NCBI GenBank assembly: GCA_963736115.1
Contig: CAVTNR010000003.1
Location: 98,798 to 162,797, forward strand
DNA length: 64,000 bases
Origin: an uncultured bacterium
GTDB lineage: Bacteria; Zhuqueibacterota; QNDG01; DTFT01
Direction: 5' to 3'
Translations under genes and position numbers: made by a program
Shown here: positions 37,946-47,421 of the stretch, in pieces
Layout of the letters: every line of letters begins with the position of its first letter
Numbering within the stretch: position 1 is the stretch's first letter
The notes under the pieces: generated by a model
What the model was told of the DNA's origin: nothing
The model's database searches: none
Seen by the model: the letters and a program-made list of their open reading frames with translations, nothing else

Positions 37946-40292
37946 GAATGCGGGCCGCGTCCTGGAACTGGACAGCGTGCTCGAACAGATCCGGCGCTTC
38001 GCCGTCTCCGAACCCGGCGGCCGTCGCGTCGCGGAACTGCCTTTTCTCGCCGAGTCCCGGGATCTCACCCGGGCGCTTCAGGCGGTCACGGAAATGCGGG
38101 ACCTGCTCCGATACGATGACCCTTTCCCGCTTCTTCCATTTCCGGATCTCGACCTTCAGCTGAAAAAAATACACGTGCAGGGCGCCCGGCTCACCGGGCC
38201 TGAGCTCATCCTGGTGCTGGATTGCATTTCGACCGGCCGCAGAGTCCGGCGTTTCCTGGTTTCCCGCAGGGAGAAATATCCCCTATTGTCCGGAATCGCG
38301 GAATTCATTGTCAGCCTCGAAGACCTGGAAAAGGAGATTGAATCCTGTCTTGAACCTACGGGAGAGGTGCGGGACTCGGCTTCGCCCGAACTCGGCCGGA
38401 TCCGCCGCGAGATGGCCAGGCAGAGGGATGCCATACGGAAACGGCTTGAGCATTTTCTGGCCGCCATGGTCAGGGCGGGTTACGCGCAGGAAGAGTCTTT
38501 GACGCTCCGTGACGGACGGCTCGTCATTCCCATGAAGGATGCCCATCAGGCCAGGCTGAAAGGGGTTGTGGTGGATCAGAGCGCGAGCGGGGCGACCGTG
38601 TTTATGGAACCGATCGAGACGCTCGAACAGGGCAATGCGCTCCGCAGGCTCGAACTCCGGGAGAAGCAGGAAATCGAGCGCATTCTGGCTGAACTGACCG
38701 GCCGCGTCGCTGCGGAAAGCGGGGCAGTGGCCGCGGACCTGGAAGCGCTCATCGAGCTGGACGGGCTCGCGGCCCGGGCCCGGTATTCGAACTCCGTGAA
38801 CGGCAATCCCGCGCGCCTGTCGGAGGACCGGACTGTTTCCGTCAGTCGGGCCCGGCACCCCCTGCTCCTGCTGAAACACAAACCGGAGGAAGTCGTCCCG
38901 CTGTCGATGACGCTCGGCAACGGCATCCAGACTCTGGTGATCACGGGCCCCAATGCGGGCGGCAAAACCGTGGCCCTGAAAACGATCGGCCTTCTCGCGC
39001 TCATGAACCAGCACGGACTGCACGTGCCCGCGGCCGAGGATACGCGCCTGCCGGTGTTCGACTCGGTCTTCGCGGACATCGGCGACCGGCAGTCCATCGA
39101 GGAGGATCTTTCCACTTTCTCGTCTCATATCCAAAATCTCGCTTCCATACTGGATCACGCGGGGCCGGACAGCCTGGTCCTGCTCGATGAAATCGGATCA
39201 GCCACGGACCCGGCGGAAGGCGGCGCGCTGGCCATGGGCATACTCAAAACCCTCACGGAGAGACGCGTAACGACCGTGGCCACCACGCACATCGGGCTCC
39301 TGAAAGTGTTCGCGCACGATACACCCGGCGTGGAGAACGGGTCCATGGCCTTCGACCAGGAAACCCTCAAGCCTTCGTACTGTTTTCAGCCGGGCATTCC
39401 GGGTTCGTCGTATGCGTTCGAAATCGCGGAACGCTACGGTTTCCAGGAGGATGTTCTCCGGCCGGCCCGATCCTATATGGGAGAGGAGCGGGGAAAACTG
39501 GACCGGCTCGTGTCGGATCTCGAAGGCAGGTTGAAGGAGACCGAGGCCCTGCACCGCGAGGCGTCGAACCGGGAACAGGAAGCGGATACGCTTGCGGCAT
39601 TGTACGAATCGGAGCTCGAAAAACTGCGGAGGGAGGCGGAGGATCGCAAGCGGTCCATGCTCGGCGAAGCGGAGGATCTGCTGGCCGAGGCGAGCGTCCT
39701 GAAGGAGCGGGTGCTGAAGGAGATCCGTGAAACGCGGGGGGACCCGGAAGCGGCCCGGATGCTTCACAAGGAAATCGAATCGAAAAGGAACCGGGCGGCC
39801 GAGCTGAAGAAGGCCGCGGCGCCGGCGCCCCTGTCCGTGAAAAAGCCGGTTGTCCAGGGGGGCTGGGCCGTGTGGCGCGGACACCATGGCGCGGGCCGCG
39901 TCGTCTCGGCTCCGGACCGGAACGGACGCGTGCTCGTGGAATGGAACGACATCCGGATCCGCGTTCCGGCAGGGGAACTGGAAGGGATCGCGGAACCGCG
40001 CCGCGGACCTGCCGCGGCCGGACTGATCCGGCTGGAAGTGGACCGGCCGTCGAGCAATGAAATCGACCTGCGCGGCATGACCGCGGATGAGGCCGTCGAC
40101 CTGCTCGACCGGCGCCTGCCGGACGCCGTTTCGGCCGGATTCACGGGCTGCCGCATCATTCACGGCAAGGGAACCGGCGTGCTGCGCCGCGAAGTGCGGA
40201 AATATCTCGACACGCATCCCCTCATCCGCAGCCAGCGCCTCGGGGGATGGACGGAAGGCGACACGGGCGTAACCATCGTGGAATTCAAATGA
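37926..40292 (+). CDS. mutS2: Endonuclease MutS2
   Basis: 'DQSASGATVFMEP', Walker A 'ITGPNAGGKTV', 'DIGDRQSIEEDLSTFSSH', 'LLDEIGSATDP', Smr domain 'IDLRG..IIHGKGTGVLR'. Confidence 0.96.
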   Translation: MSVPGLENAGRVLELDSVLEQIRRFAVSEPGGRRVAELPFLAESRDLTRALQAVTEMRDLLRYDDPFPLLPFPDLDLQLKKIHVQGARLTGPELILVLDCISTGRRVRRFLVSRREKYPLLSGIAEFIVSLEDLEKEIESCLEPTGEVRDSASPELGRIRREMARQRDAIRKRLEHFLAAMVRAGYAQEESLTLRDGRLVIPMKDAHQARLKGVVVDQSASGATVFMEPIETLEQGNALRRLELREKQEIERILAELTGRVAAESGAVAADLEALIELDGLAARARYSNSVNGNPARLSEDRTVSVSRARHPLLLLKHKPEEVVPLSMTLGNGIQTLVITGPNAGGKTVALKTIGLLALMNQHGLHVPAAEDTRLPVFDSVFADIGDRQSIEEDLSTFSSHIQNLASILDHAGPDSLVLLDEIGSATDPAEGGALAMGILKTLTERRVTTVATTHIGLLKVFAHDTPGVENGSMAFDQETLKPSYCFQPGIPGSSYAFEIAERYGFQEDVLRPARSYMGEERGKLDRLVSDLEGRLKETEALHREASNREQEADTLAALYESELEKLRREAEDRKRSMLGEAEDLLAEASVLKERVLKEIRETRGDPEAARMLHKEIESKRNRAAELKKAAAPAPLSVKKPVVQGGWAVWRGHHGAGRVVSAPDRNGRVLVEWNDIRIRVPAGELEGIAEPRRGPAAAGLIRLEVDRPSSNEIDLRGMTADEAVDLLDRRLPDAVSAGFTGCRIIHGKGTGVLRREVRKYLDTHPLIRSQRLGGWTEGDTGVTIVEFK

Positions 40293-42097
40293 AGATACCC
40301 GACGAAAAAGTGCAGGAAATCCGCGATGCGGTGAACATCGTCGACGTGGTTTCCCAGCACGTCCTGCTGAAACAGCGGGGAAGAACGTTTGTCGGCCTGT
40401 GTCCCTTTCATCAGGAGAAAACGCCTTCCTTCACCGTGGACCCGGCGCGCGGGTTCTATCACTGCTTCGGATGCGACGCCGGGGGGGATGCTTTCTCGTT
40501 CGTGATGAAAATGGAGAACGTCGGGTTTCTGGAGGCCGTCAAATCCTTGGCGGAAAAGGCCGGCATCAACCTTCCCGTTTCAGACGGGGATGATGCGCGC
40601 AGCCGGGAAATCGAGGACCTTTACCGGGCCAACCAGCTTGCGATGGAATTCTTTCGTTTCAGCCTGTGGCAGTCCGAGGAAGGCCGGCGGGCCCGGCAGT
40701 ACATTCTGGGGCGCGGTTTCGAACGGAAGACACTGGATGCTTTCCAGGTCGGGTATTCGCCCGACCGGTGGGACGGGCTGATCAGGAAGGCGGAGTCCGC
40801 GGGACTGCAGACGGCCGTCCTGCACCGCGCGGGACTGGCCGTGCCGCGAAAGGAAGGCGGCGGCTATTACGACCGCTTCCGGGGCCGCCTGATGTTTCCC
40901 GTGCTCAATTCGTCCGGCCGTCCGGTCGGGTTCGGGGGCCGGCTGCTCGCGGCCTCGGACCAATCCCCCAAATACATCAACACGTCCGAATCGCCCGTGT
41001 ATCAGAAAAGCCAGATTCTCTACGGGCTTTTCCAGAGCAAGGCCGGAATACGGCGCGAGGACCGCGCTCTCCTGGTCGAAGGGTACACGGACATGATGCG
41101 GCTGGCCCAGGCCGGTTTCGACAACGCCGTGGCCTCATCCGGAACGGCGCTGACCGAGGGCCAGGTGCGACTGCTGTCGCAGTACGGCCGCAATGTGATT
41201 CTGGTTTTCGACGGGGATTCGGCCGGCTTGGCCGCGGCCCTGAGGGGAATCGATGTGGTCCTGGCCGGAGGCCTGCACGCGGACGTAGCCGTGCTTCCGA
41301 AAGGCCTGGACCCGGATGTGTTCCTGCTCAAGCAGGGGGCCGGGGCCATGCGGAGCGTTCTGGAACAATCGATGTCCTTCATCGATTTCAGGCTCAGCCA
41401 GATCCGGGAACGGACCGGGCTCGCGTCCAGCCGAGAGAAAGCCGAGGCCGCGCGGTCGCTCCTCTCCACGGTTTCGAAAATACGGGATCCGGTCGAGCGT
41501 CAGCTCACGGTCAAGGACGTCGCGGAAAAACTGGATATTCAGGAGGACCTGCTGATGCGGGAACTGCCGCATCCGGCCCCGGGTCCGCAGCAGCGCAGTC
41601 TTCCGCCGGCGCCGGAGCCGGCCATTCCGGGAAAACGGGAAAAAGCAGAATCCGGGCTCGTGGCTTTTCTGCTCTCCGGCGGGAGAGCCTGGGCCAAGCT
41701 GGCTTTCTCCGCGGTTCCGCCGGACCGTTTTGCGGGCCGGGAAACGGGCAGTCTGTACAGGGCACTGCAAGGGGATTACGAGGCAGGCCGCTGGCCGGAT
41801 GCCGCGTCTCTGCTGGACCGTTTCCGGACCGACGAGAAAACCGCCGCGCTCCTGAGCCGGCTGACTTCGGAAGAGGGTGAGAACGCATCGAGACTTCCGC
41901 AATTCGGGCTGGACTGTGTGCTCCGGATCATTGAGCAGGACCAAAGGCAGATTCTGGAATCCCTGCATAAAAGGATGAAAACCGCGGATCCGGCGGAGCG
42001 GGATAAGCTGACGCAGGAGTGGGTGCAAATCAGGAAAACCCTTGAGAATGCGAAGGTTGAGATCGATTCCGAGTGGAAAAAAATTGTTGAATTTTGA
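40289..42097 (+). CDS. dnaG: DNA primase
   Basis: CHC2 zinc finger 'GLCPFHQEKTPSF..HCFGC', 'DRFRGRLMFP', 'PKYINT', Toprim 'VEGYTD' and 'FDGDSAG'; ATGA overlap with the mutS2 stop. Confidence 0.97.
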   Translation: MKIPDEKVQEIRDAVNIVDVVSQHVLLKQRGRTFVGLCPFHQEKTPSFTVDPARGFYHCFGCDAGGDAFSFVMKMENVGFLEAVKSLAEKAGINLPVSDGDDARSREIEDLYRANQLAMEFFRFSLWQSEEGRRARQYILGRGFERKTLDAFQVGYSPDRWDGLIRKAESAGLQTAVLHRAGLAVPRKEGGGYYDRFRGRLMFPVLNSSGRPVGFGGRLLAASDQSPKYINTSESPVYQKSQILYGLFQSKAGIRREDRALLVEGYTDMMRLAQAGFDNAVASSGTALTEGQVRLLSQYGRNVILVFDGDSAGLAAALRGIDVVLAGGLHADVAVLPKGLDPDVFLLKQGAGAMRSVLEQSMSFIDFRLSQIRERTGLASSREKAEAARSLLSTVSKIRDPVERQLTVKDVAEKLDIQEDLLMRELPHPAPGPQQRSLPPAPEPAIPGKREKAESGLVAFLLSGGRAWAKLAFSAVPPDRFAGRETGSLYRALQGDYEAGRWPDAASLLDRFRTDEKTAALLSRLTSEEGENASRLPQFGLDCVLRIIEQDQRQILESLHKRMKTADPAERDKLTQEWVQIRKTLENAKVEIDSEWKKIVEF

Positions 42098-42115
42098 ACA
42101 AAAATTGCGTATACT
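42087..42115 (+). promoter_or_regulatory. Sigma70-type promoter for the tRNA
   Basis: TTGAAT-N17-TATACT ending 5 nt before the tRNA. Confidence 0.6.
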
Positions 42116-42120
42116 GGCTC

Positions 42121-42194
42121 GGGCCCATAGCTCAGTTGGTCAGAGCGGCGGACTCATAATCCGTTGGTCGGAGGTTCAAGTCCTCCTGGGCCCA
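42121..42194 (+). tRNA. tRNA with CAT anticodon, most likely tRNA-Ile2 (lysidine-modified); 3' CCA not encoded
   Basis: GGGCCCA/TGGGCCC acceptor stem, D-arm TAGCTCAGTTGGTCAGAGC, anticodon loop CTCATAA, T-loop GGTTCAAGTCC. Lacks the C1 mismatch and three G-C anticodon pairs of tRNA-fMet and resembles ileX-type tRNAs. Confidence 0.9.
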
Positions 42195-42289
42195 CCGGAT
42201 ATTCGGATCAAAGCCGGAGGATTTCTGGAGTGTGGGCATACGAAGCCGAACAGTACCTTCACTTTCTCCGATGATCGTACCGACACCAG

Positions 42290-42314
42290 TGCACTCCGAA
42301 GGAGTGCATTTTTT
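42290..42314 (+). terminator. Intrinsic terminator downstream of the tRNA
   Basis: TGCACTCC-gaa-GGAGTGCA-TTTTTT. Confidence 0.8.
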
Positions 42315-42343
42315 ATATACGGGGCGCCCCCAAGGAGGATGGC

Positions 42344-43069
42344 TTGAAACAGCTGATTGAGAGTCTCATGATTTTACAGGAAATCGACACCCAGCTGCAG
42401 CGTCTGGAGGCGCTCAAGGGGGATCTGCCCAACCAGGTCCGGCACTTGAATCAGGAGCTGGCCGAGTCCGAGAAGAACCTGGTCGACCAGGAGCAGAAAC
42501 TCACGGACTGCCGCAAAGAGACGGATGTGAATGATGTCGACATGCAAGCCTTCGAAGGCAAACTCAAAAAATACCAGAACCAGCTTTTTGAAGTCAAGAC
42601 CAACCGGGAGTATGACGCGGTCACGCATGAAATCGAAACCGTGAAGACCGAGATCGGCAAGAAAGAGAGCCGCCAGCTTGAATTGATGGAATGGGTGGAG
42701 TCCGCGCAGAAAACCGTTGAAGAAATGAAAGCCGGTATGGAGAAGCTCCGGCAGGAATTCGAGCGCAAGAAAGCCGATCTTCAGAAGAAACAGGAAGCCA
42801 CGGAACGGGAAGAACTCGAACTGAAGGACAAGCGTGACAAGGCCCTGAGGGGCTTGGATCCCAAGCGTCTGGCCGCCTACGAAAGGATCCGTCGCGCCAA
42901 GAACGGACTGGCCATGGTGCCGGTCGTGCGAAACGCATGCGGCGGATGCCGGAAAAAGCTTCCGCCCCAGCGCGTGCTTGAAATCCGCGAAGGGGAGAAG
43001 CTGTTCCTCTGCGATGTCTGCGGCCGCATGCTGATCTGGGACGAAAAGATCTCCGAACAAGCCGAATGA
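42344..43069 (+). CDS. Coiled-coil protein with C4-type zinc ribbon (DUF164; HP0958/CT398-like)
   Basis: 'LQEID', 'VKTNREYDAV', 'YERIR', 'ACGGCR..LCDVCGRML'; TTG start with AAGGAGG RBS. Confidence 0.92.
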   Translation: MKQLIESLMILQEIDTQLQRLEALKGDLPNQVRHLNQELAESEKNLVDQEQKLTDCRKETDVNDVDMQAFEGKLKKYQNQLFEVKTNREYDAVTHEIETVKTEIGKKESRQLELMEWVESAQKTVEEMKAGMEKLRQEFERKKADLQKKQEATEREELELKDKRDKALRGLDPKRLAAYERIRRAKNGLAMVPVVRNACGGCRKKLPPQRVLEIREGEKLFLCDVCGRMLIWDEKISEQAE

Positions 43070-43530
43070 TTTCTTCTCTACAGATAGAAGATACCCCGCG
43101 GCTTGCGGCGGGGAGCTTCAAATGCGTCGCCTACATCGACGGATCCTGTTTCGGGAATCCGGGCGAGTCCGGCTGCGGAGTCGTGCTGAAGACGGAGTCG
43201 GGTGATCTGGTCGAGAAAAAGGGGATTTACCTGGGCCATGCCACCAACAATGTGGCGGAATACCAGGGACTCCTTCTCTGTCTGGAAATGGCCGGCCGCC
43301 ACGGAGTCGGGTCGCTGACCGTGTATTCCGACAGCGAACTGCTGGTGCATCAGGTCAACGGCCGGTATCGGGTCAAAAAACCCCATCTGGCGGAACTGCA
43401 TGGCCGGGTCCGGGCCGCCCTCGCGGGCGGACGGTTCCAATTTCAAATTCGGCATGTACCGCGGGAACAGAACGGAGAGGCCGACGGTCTGGCGCGTGAA
43501 GCCATCCGCAGCCGTTCCCGCATCGATTGA
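43066..43530 (+). CDS. rnhA: Ribonuclease HI family protein
   Basis: 'YIDGSCFGNPG', 'TNNVAEYQG', 'SDSELLV', 'HVPREQNGEADGLA'. Confidence 0.9.
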   Translation: MISSLQIEDTPRLAAGSFKCVAYIDGSCFGNPGESGCGVVLKTESGDLVEKKGIYLGHATNNVAEYQGLLLCLEMAGRHGVGSLTVYSDSELLVHQVNGRYRVKKPHLAELHGRVRAALAGGRFQFQIRHVPREQNGEADGLAREAIRSRSRID

Positions 43531-43619
43531 AGCTCCCCGCGGCAAGCCGCGGGCCTTCAATCAGTAAAAATCGTATTGCTTGGTCCCGCGAAGCGGGGGA
43601 ATGCGCTCGCTGTCAGATT
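43527..43619. repeat. Short repeat element (MITE/REP-like), copy 1
   Basis: TTGAAGCT-CCCCGCGGCAAGCCGCGGG hairpin, then 36 bp TCCCGCGAAGCGGGGGAATGCGCTCGCTGTCAGATT (43584-43619), identical to 45929-45964. Confidence 0.75.
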
Positions 43620-43635
43620 CATGAACTTTTAAACC

Positions 43636-44034
43636 GGCGGCGGAGTGGGTGATCGCCTTCCGTCCTGCTTGCAGGCGGGGGGAGGAAAGTCCGAACTTCG
43701 CAGGGTAAAGTGCTCCGGAAATCGGAGGCGTCCCGGAAACGGGGCGACGGACAGTGCCACAGAAAACACACCGCCTTACGGCCGCGGGCTTCGGTCCGGG
43801 GTCGTACGGTAAGGGTGAAAAGGCGAGGTAAGAGCTCACCGGTCCGGCGGCGACGTCGGATGCAAGGCAAACCCCACTTGAAGCAAGGCCAAATAGGCGG
43901 GGAATCGGGAACCGGCGCGAGCCGGGGCCCGGCCGAAGCGACCCGTTTCGTCCGACCCGCGGGTAGGCCGCATAGATCAATGATCACCCTTCCAATTCAT
44001 CGGAAGACAAAATTCGGCTTACAGCTCCGCCGCC
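43636..44034 (+). ncRNA. rnpB: RNase P RNA, bacterial class A
   Basis: P1 GGCGGCGGAG/CTCCGCCGCC; GAGGAAAGTCC; CAGTGCCACAGAAA; AAGGGTGAAA; GGTAAGAGC; GGCAAACCCC; ACAAAATTCGGCTTA. Confidence 0.97.
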
Positions 44035-44064
44035 GGGTTTTTACCCACGAAGGGAATTGAATTG

Positions 44065-45759
44065 ATGCCCCATTGGCTCATCGCCGGTGATTCGCATCCT
44101 GAAGTCCATCAGGAATTCACCGAGGGTCTCGGTCTTCCGCCCGTCGTTTCGAAGATCCTGATCAACCGCGGCATCCGCAGCCGGGAGGAAGCACGGAAGT
44201 TCTTCAAGCCGGCCTGGGAGGATCTCTATGATCCGTTCCTGATCAAGGACATGGACAAGGCGGTGGAACGTCTGTCCCGCGCGGTGAAGAGCAGTGAGCG
44301 CATCCTCATTTACGGCGACTATGACGTCGACGGCATCACGTCGGTCAGCCTGCTCTATCTGTTCATTCTGGGAATCGGCGGAAACGTCGGATATTACATT
44401 CCGGATCGGCTGAAGGAGGGATACGGCCTTTCCGTCGCCGGCGTCACGCAGGCCGCGGCTGAGGGCGCCACGCTCCTCGTCACCGTGGATTGCGGCATCA
44501 CGGGCGTCGAGGAAATCCGGATGGCCCGCGGACTGGGGCTCGACGTCATTGTCAGCGATCACCACGAGCAGGCGAATGCGCTCCCGGAAGCGGCCGCCAT
44601 CCTGAATCCGAAGCGGAACGACTGCACCTATCCCTTCAAGGAACTGGCCGGAGTGGGTGTTGCCTTCAAGTTCGTTCAGGCCATGTGCCGGCATCTCGGG
44701 CTGGAGGATGAAGCGGCCCGGCAGTACATCGACCTGGTGGCGCTCGGCAGCGCCGCGGACATCGTCCCGCTGGTCGACGAGAACCGGATTCTGGTGAAAC
44801 TCGGCATGGAGCGGCTGAACCGGCTCGAAAGGCCCGGAATCCGGGCGCTCGCAGAGACATCCGGCATTCTGGGCAAGCCGATCGGGACGGGGCAGGTGGT
44901 GTTCATTCTGGCGCCCCGGATCAATGCGGTCGGCCGGCTCGGCAACGCGCAGCGGGCCGTGGAATTGCTGATTTCCAAATCCGATGAAGAATCCCGGGCC
45001 CTGGCCCTGGTGCTCGAGGCGGAAAACCGCAACCGGAAGAACCTCGACGACATGACTTTCCAGGAGGCGAAGGGACTGATCGAAACGGAAGGCCGCTTGG
45101 CCTCCTGCCGGACTCTGGTGCTCGCGAAAGAGGGGTGGCATCCGGGTGTCATCGGCATCGTGGCGTCCCGCATCGTGGAACAATACTGCAGGCCCACGGT
45201 CATGATCGCCCTGGACGGCGACACCGGAAAGGGATCGGCCCGGAGCATCGCGAGTTTCGACATCCATTCCGCGCTCAAGCAATGCGAGGATCTGCTGGCG
45301 AGCTTCGGCGGGCACCAGCACGCGGCCGGACTGCTGATCCGCCAGGATTGCATCGAGCCGTTCCGCGAGCGGTTCGAGCGGATCGCCGCCGAACAGATCC
45401 GGGAGGACGACCTGACCCAGCGGATCCAGATCGACGCCGAGATCGCGCTTCCGGACATCTCCGACCGGTTCATCCGTCTGCTCAACAGCTTCGCGCCCTT
45501 CGGGCCGCAGAACATGAGGCCCGTCTTTCTGGCGAGGAACCTGAATGTAGTGGGAAGCCCGCGCGTGGTCGGTCGCAACCATCTGAAATTCAAGGTGCGG
45601 CAGGGCGGCGTAGTGCATGACGCCATCGGATTCGATCTGGGCGAACTCATGTACCGCCTGTCGCCCGGCGATTCCAATCTGGACATGGTGTTCGTGGTGG
45701 AGGAGAATCACTGGAACGACGAGGTCCGCACGCAGCTCCGGGTGAAGGACCTCCGCTGA
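44065..45759 (+). CDS. recJ: Single-stranded-DNA-specific exonuclease RecJ
   Basis: 'YGDYDVDG', 'EGYG', 'TVDCGI', 'SDHH', 'APRINAVGRL', 'GSARS', 'GGHQHAAG', 'PFGPQN'. Confidence 0.97.
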   Translation: MPHWLIAGDSHPEVHQEFTEGLGLPPVVSKILINRGIRSREEARKFFKPAWEDLYDPFLIKDMDKAVERLSRAVKSSERILIYGDYDVDGITSVSLLYLFILGIGGNVGYYIPDRLKEGYGLSVAGVTQAAAEGATLLVTVDCGITGVEEIRMARGLGLDVIVSDHHEQANALPEAAAILNPKRNDCTYPFKELAGVGVAFKFVQAMCRHLGLEDEAARQYIDLVALGSAADIVPLVDENRILVKLGMERLNRLERPGIRALAETSGILGKPIGTGQVVFILAPRINAVGRLGNAQRAVELLISKSDEESRALALVLEAENRNRKNLDDMTFQEAKGLIETEGRLASCRTLVLAKEGWHPGVIGIVASRIVEQYCRPTVMIALDGDTGKGSARSIASFDIHSALKQCEDLLASFGGHQHAAGLLIRQDCIEPFRERFERIAAEQIREDDLTQRIQIDAEIALPDISDRFIRLLNSFAPFGPQNMRPVFLARNLNVVGSPRVVGRNHLKFKVRQGGVVHDAIGFDLGELMYRLSPGDSNLDMVFVVEENHWNDEVRTQLRVKDLR

Positions 45760-45920
45760 CCCGGGCCGGCTGCGGTCCGTCCGGGTTGCGGACGACGGGC
45801 GGCGCTGGCCGATTCGGCCGGGGACGGATGGTTCTGAACAAACCGCAGAGGAACCTGTTCCGGCAGGCGGACGTTTTGTATATATATAAAGAGAGATGAT
45901 TCCGCCGGAACCGGCGGAAG

Positions 45921-45967
45921 TTGAAGCTTCCCGCGAAGCGGGGGAATGCGCTCGCTGTCAGATTGAA
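45921..45967. repeat. Short repeat element (MITE/REP-like), copy 2
   Basis: TTGAAGCT directly joined to the same 36-bp unit seen at 43584-43619. Confidence 0.75.
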
Positions 45968-45981
45968 CCCGGAGGCCCGGC

Positions 45982-46902
45982 ATGTCTTTCGATGAAACCC
46001 TGAAGATCTGGAAAAACGGGAAGCTGGTCCCGTGGCCCGAAGCCACGCTTCATGTCGCCTCACACGTTGTACATTACGGATCCAGCGTGTTCGAAGGGAT
46101 CCGGTGCTACGAGACGGAAAAGGGATCCGCGATCTTCCGCCTCGAGGACCACATCCGGCGGCTCCACGATTCCGCGAAGATATATCGGATGCAGATTCCC
46201 TTTTCGGAGAAGGAGACCATTGACGCGTGCGTCCAGGTGGTCCGGTCCAACGGGCTGAAGGAGGCTTATATCCGGCCCGTTGCCTGGCGCGGATACGGCG
46301 CGCTCGGCGTGGATCCCTCCGCCTGCCCGGTGGATCTCGCCGTGCTGGCCTGGAAATGGGGGGCTTACCTGGGACAGGAAGCGCTGGAAAACGGCGTGGA
46401 CGTGTGCGTGTCCACCTGGCGGCGGCCCGCGCCGAACACAATGCCGACTCTGGCAAAGGCGGGCGCCAATTACATGAATTCGCAGCTGATCAAGATGGAA
46501 GCCAAGGCCAACGGTTTCTCGGAGGGGATCGCACTGACCGTGAACGGTCAGCTGTCCGAGGGCAGCGGCGAGAATCTTTTCGTGGTGCACAGAGGCCGTC
46601 TGTTCACCCCGCCCCTGTCCGCCTCCATCCTGCCCGGCCTGACGCGCGACTCCATCATGACCCTGGCGGCGGAACTGAGCATTGAGGTGTCGGAGGAGCC
46701 CCTGCCGAGGGAGATTCTCGCGATCGCGGACGAGGCGTTTTTCACGGGAACGGCGGCCGAGGTCACGCCGATCCGTTCGGTGGACCGCATTCCGGTCGGG
46801 AACGGGAAGCGCGGGCCCGTCACCGCCGCGATTCAGTCGCGGTTCTTCGACCTGATTCACGGGAAGTCGGCGGATTCCCATTCATGGCTTCACTTCATTT
46901 GA
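45982..46902 (+). CDS. ilvE: Branched-chain amino acid aminotransferase
   Basis: '[13 protein letters not shown]', 'AYIRP', '[12 protein letters not shown]', 'EGSGENLF', 'ILPGLTR', '[10 protein letters not shown]'. Confidence 0.95.
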   Translation: MSFDETLKIWKNGKLVPWPEATLHVASHVVHYGSSVFEGIRCYETEKGSAIFRLEDHIRRLHDSAKIYRMQIPFSEKETIDACVQVVRSNGLKEAYIRPVAWRGYGALGVDPSACPVDLAVLAWKWGAYLGQEALENGVDVCVSTWRRPAPNTMPTLAKAGANYMNSQLIKMEAKANGFSEGIALTVNGQLSEGSGENLFVVHRGRLFTPPLSASILPGLTRDSIMTLAAELSIEVSEEPLPREILAIADEAFFTGTAAEVTPIRSVDRIPVGNGKRGPVTAAIQSRFFDLIHGKSADSHSWLHFI

Positions 46903-46944
46903 CGCGGCGCCGCAGGGCGGTCGCGGTCCGGAGCGCGTGATCCT

Positions 46945-47391
46945 ATGGGAATCCGACGCAAAGCCCGGGAGCTGGTGCTTCAGGGCATGTATGCCTGGGA
47001 GATGAACCGGGACCGGTTCGATTCCCTGATCGAATCATTTTCCGCGGATCTGCCCGGGGATCCGGAAACGGCGGAGTTCGCGGCCTCGCTCCTGAGAAAG
47101 ACGGTGCGGAACCAGGAGGAGCTGGACCGGGATATTCAGTCCGTGGCTCAGAACTGGGACCTGGGCCGCATGGCGCTGATCGACCGGCTGATCCTCCGCC
47201 TCGCCCTGGCCGAGCTCCTTCATTTTGAGGAGATTCCGCCCAAGGTGACGCTCAACGAGGCCATCGATCTCGCGAAGAAGTTCAGCACCGAGAACAGCGG
47301 CACTTTTGTCAACGGCATTCTCGACGCGCTGTACCGGCGGTACAAACAGGAGAACCGCATCCTGAAAACGGGAAGGGGCCTTCTGGACTGA
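46945..47391 (+). CDS. nusB: Transcription antitermination factor NusB
   Basis: 'RRKARELVLQ', 'IDRLILRL', 'VTLNEAIDLAKKF', 'FVNGILD'. Confidence 0.96.
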   Translation: MGIRRKARELVLQGMYAWEMNRDRFDSLIESFSADLPGDPETAEFAASLLRKTVRNQEELDRDIQSVAQNWDLGRMALIDRLILRLALAELLHFEEIPPKVTLNEAIDLAKKFSTENSGTFVNGILDALYRRYKQENRILKTGRGLLD

Positions 47392-47421
47392 CCCCGCCCC
47401 GCTTTTCCATTGGAGACCCAC

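Noticed and set aside
42121-42194. tRNA as an integration site
   Set aside because: No duplicated tRNA 3' end or foreign genes noticed downstream.
44041-45711. 556-aa minus-strand ORF (and similar long ORFs at 16157-18061, 11171-12766, 57552-59063, 51176-52594)
   Set aside because: Each lies antisense to a clearly identified gene and has no family motifs.
43584-45964. 36-bp repeats as a CRISPR array
   Set aside because: Only two copies, 2.3 kb apart, separated by rnpB and recJ; no spacers or cas genes.
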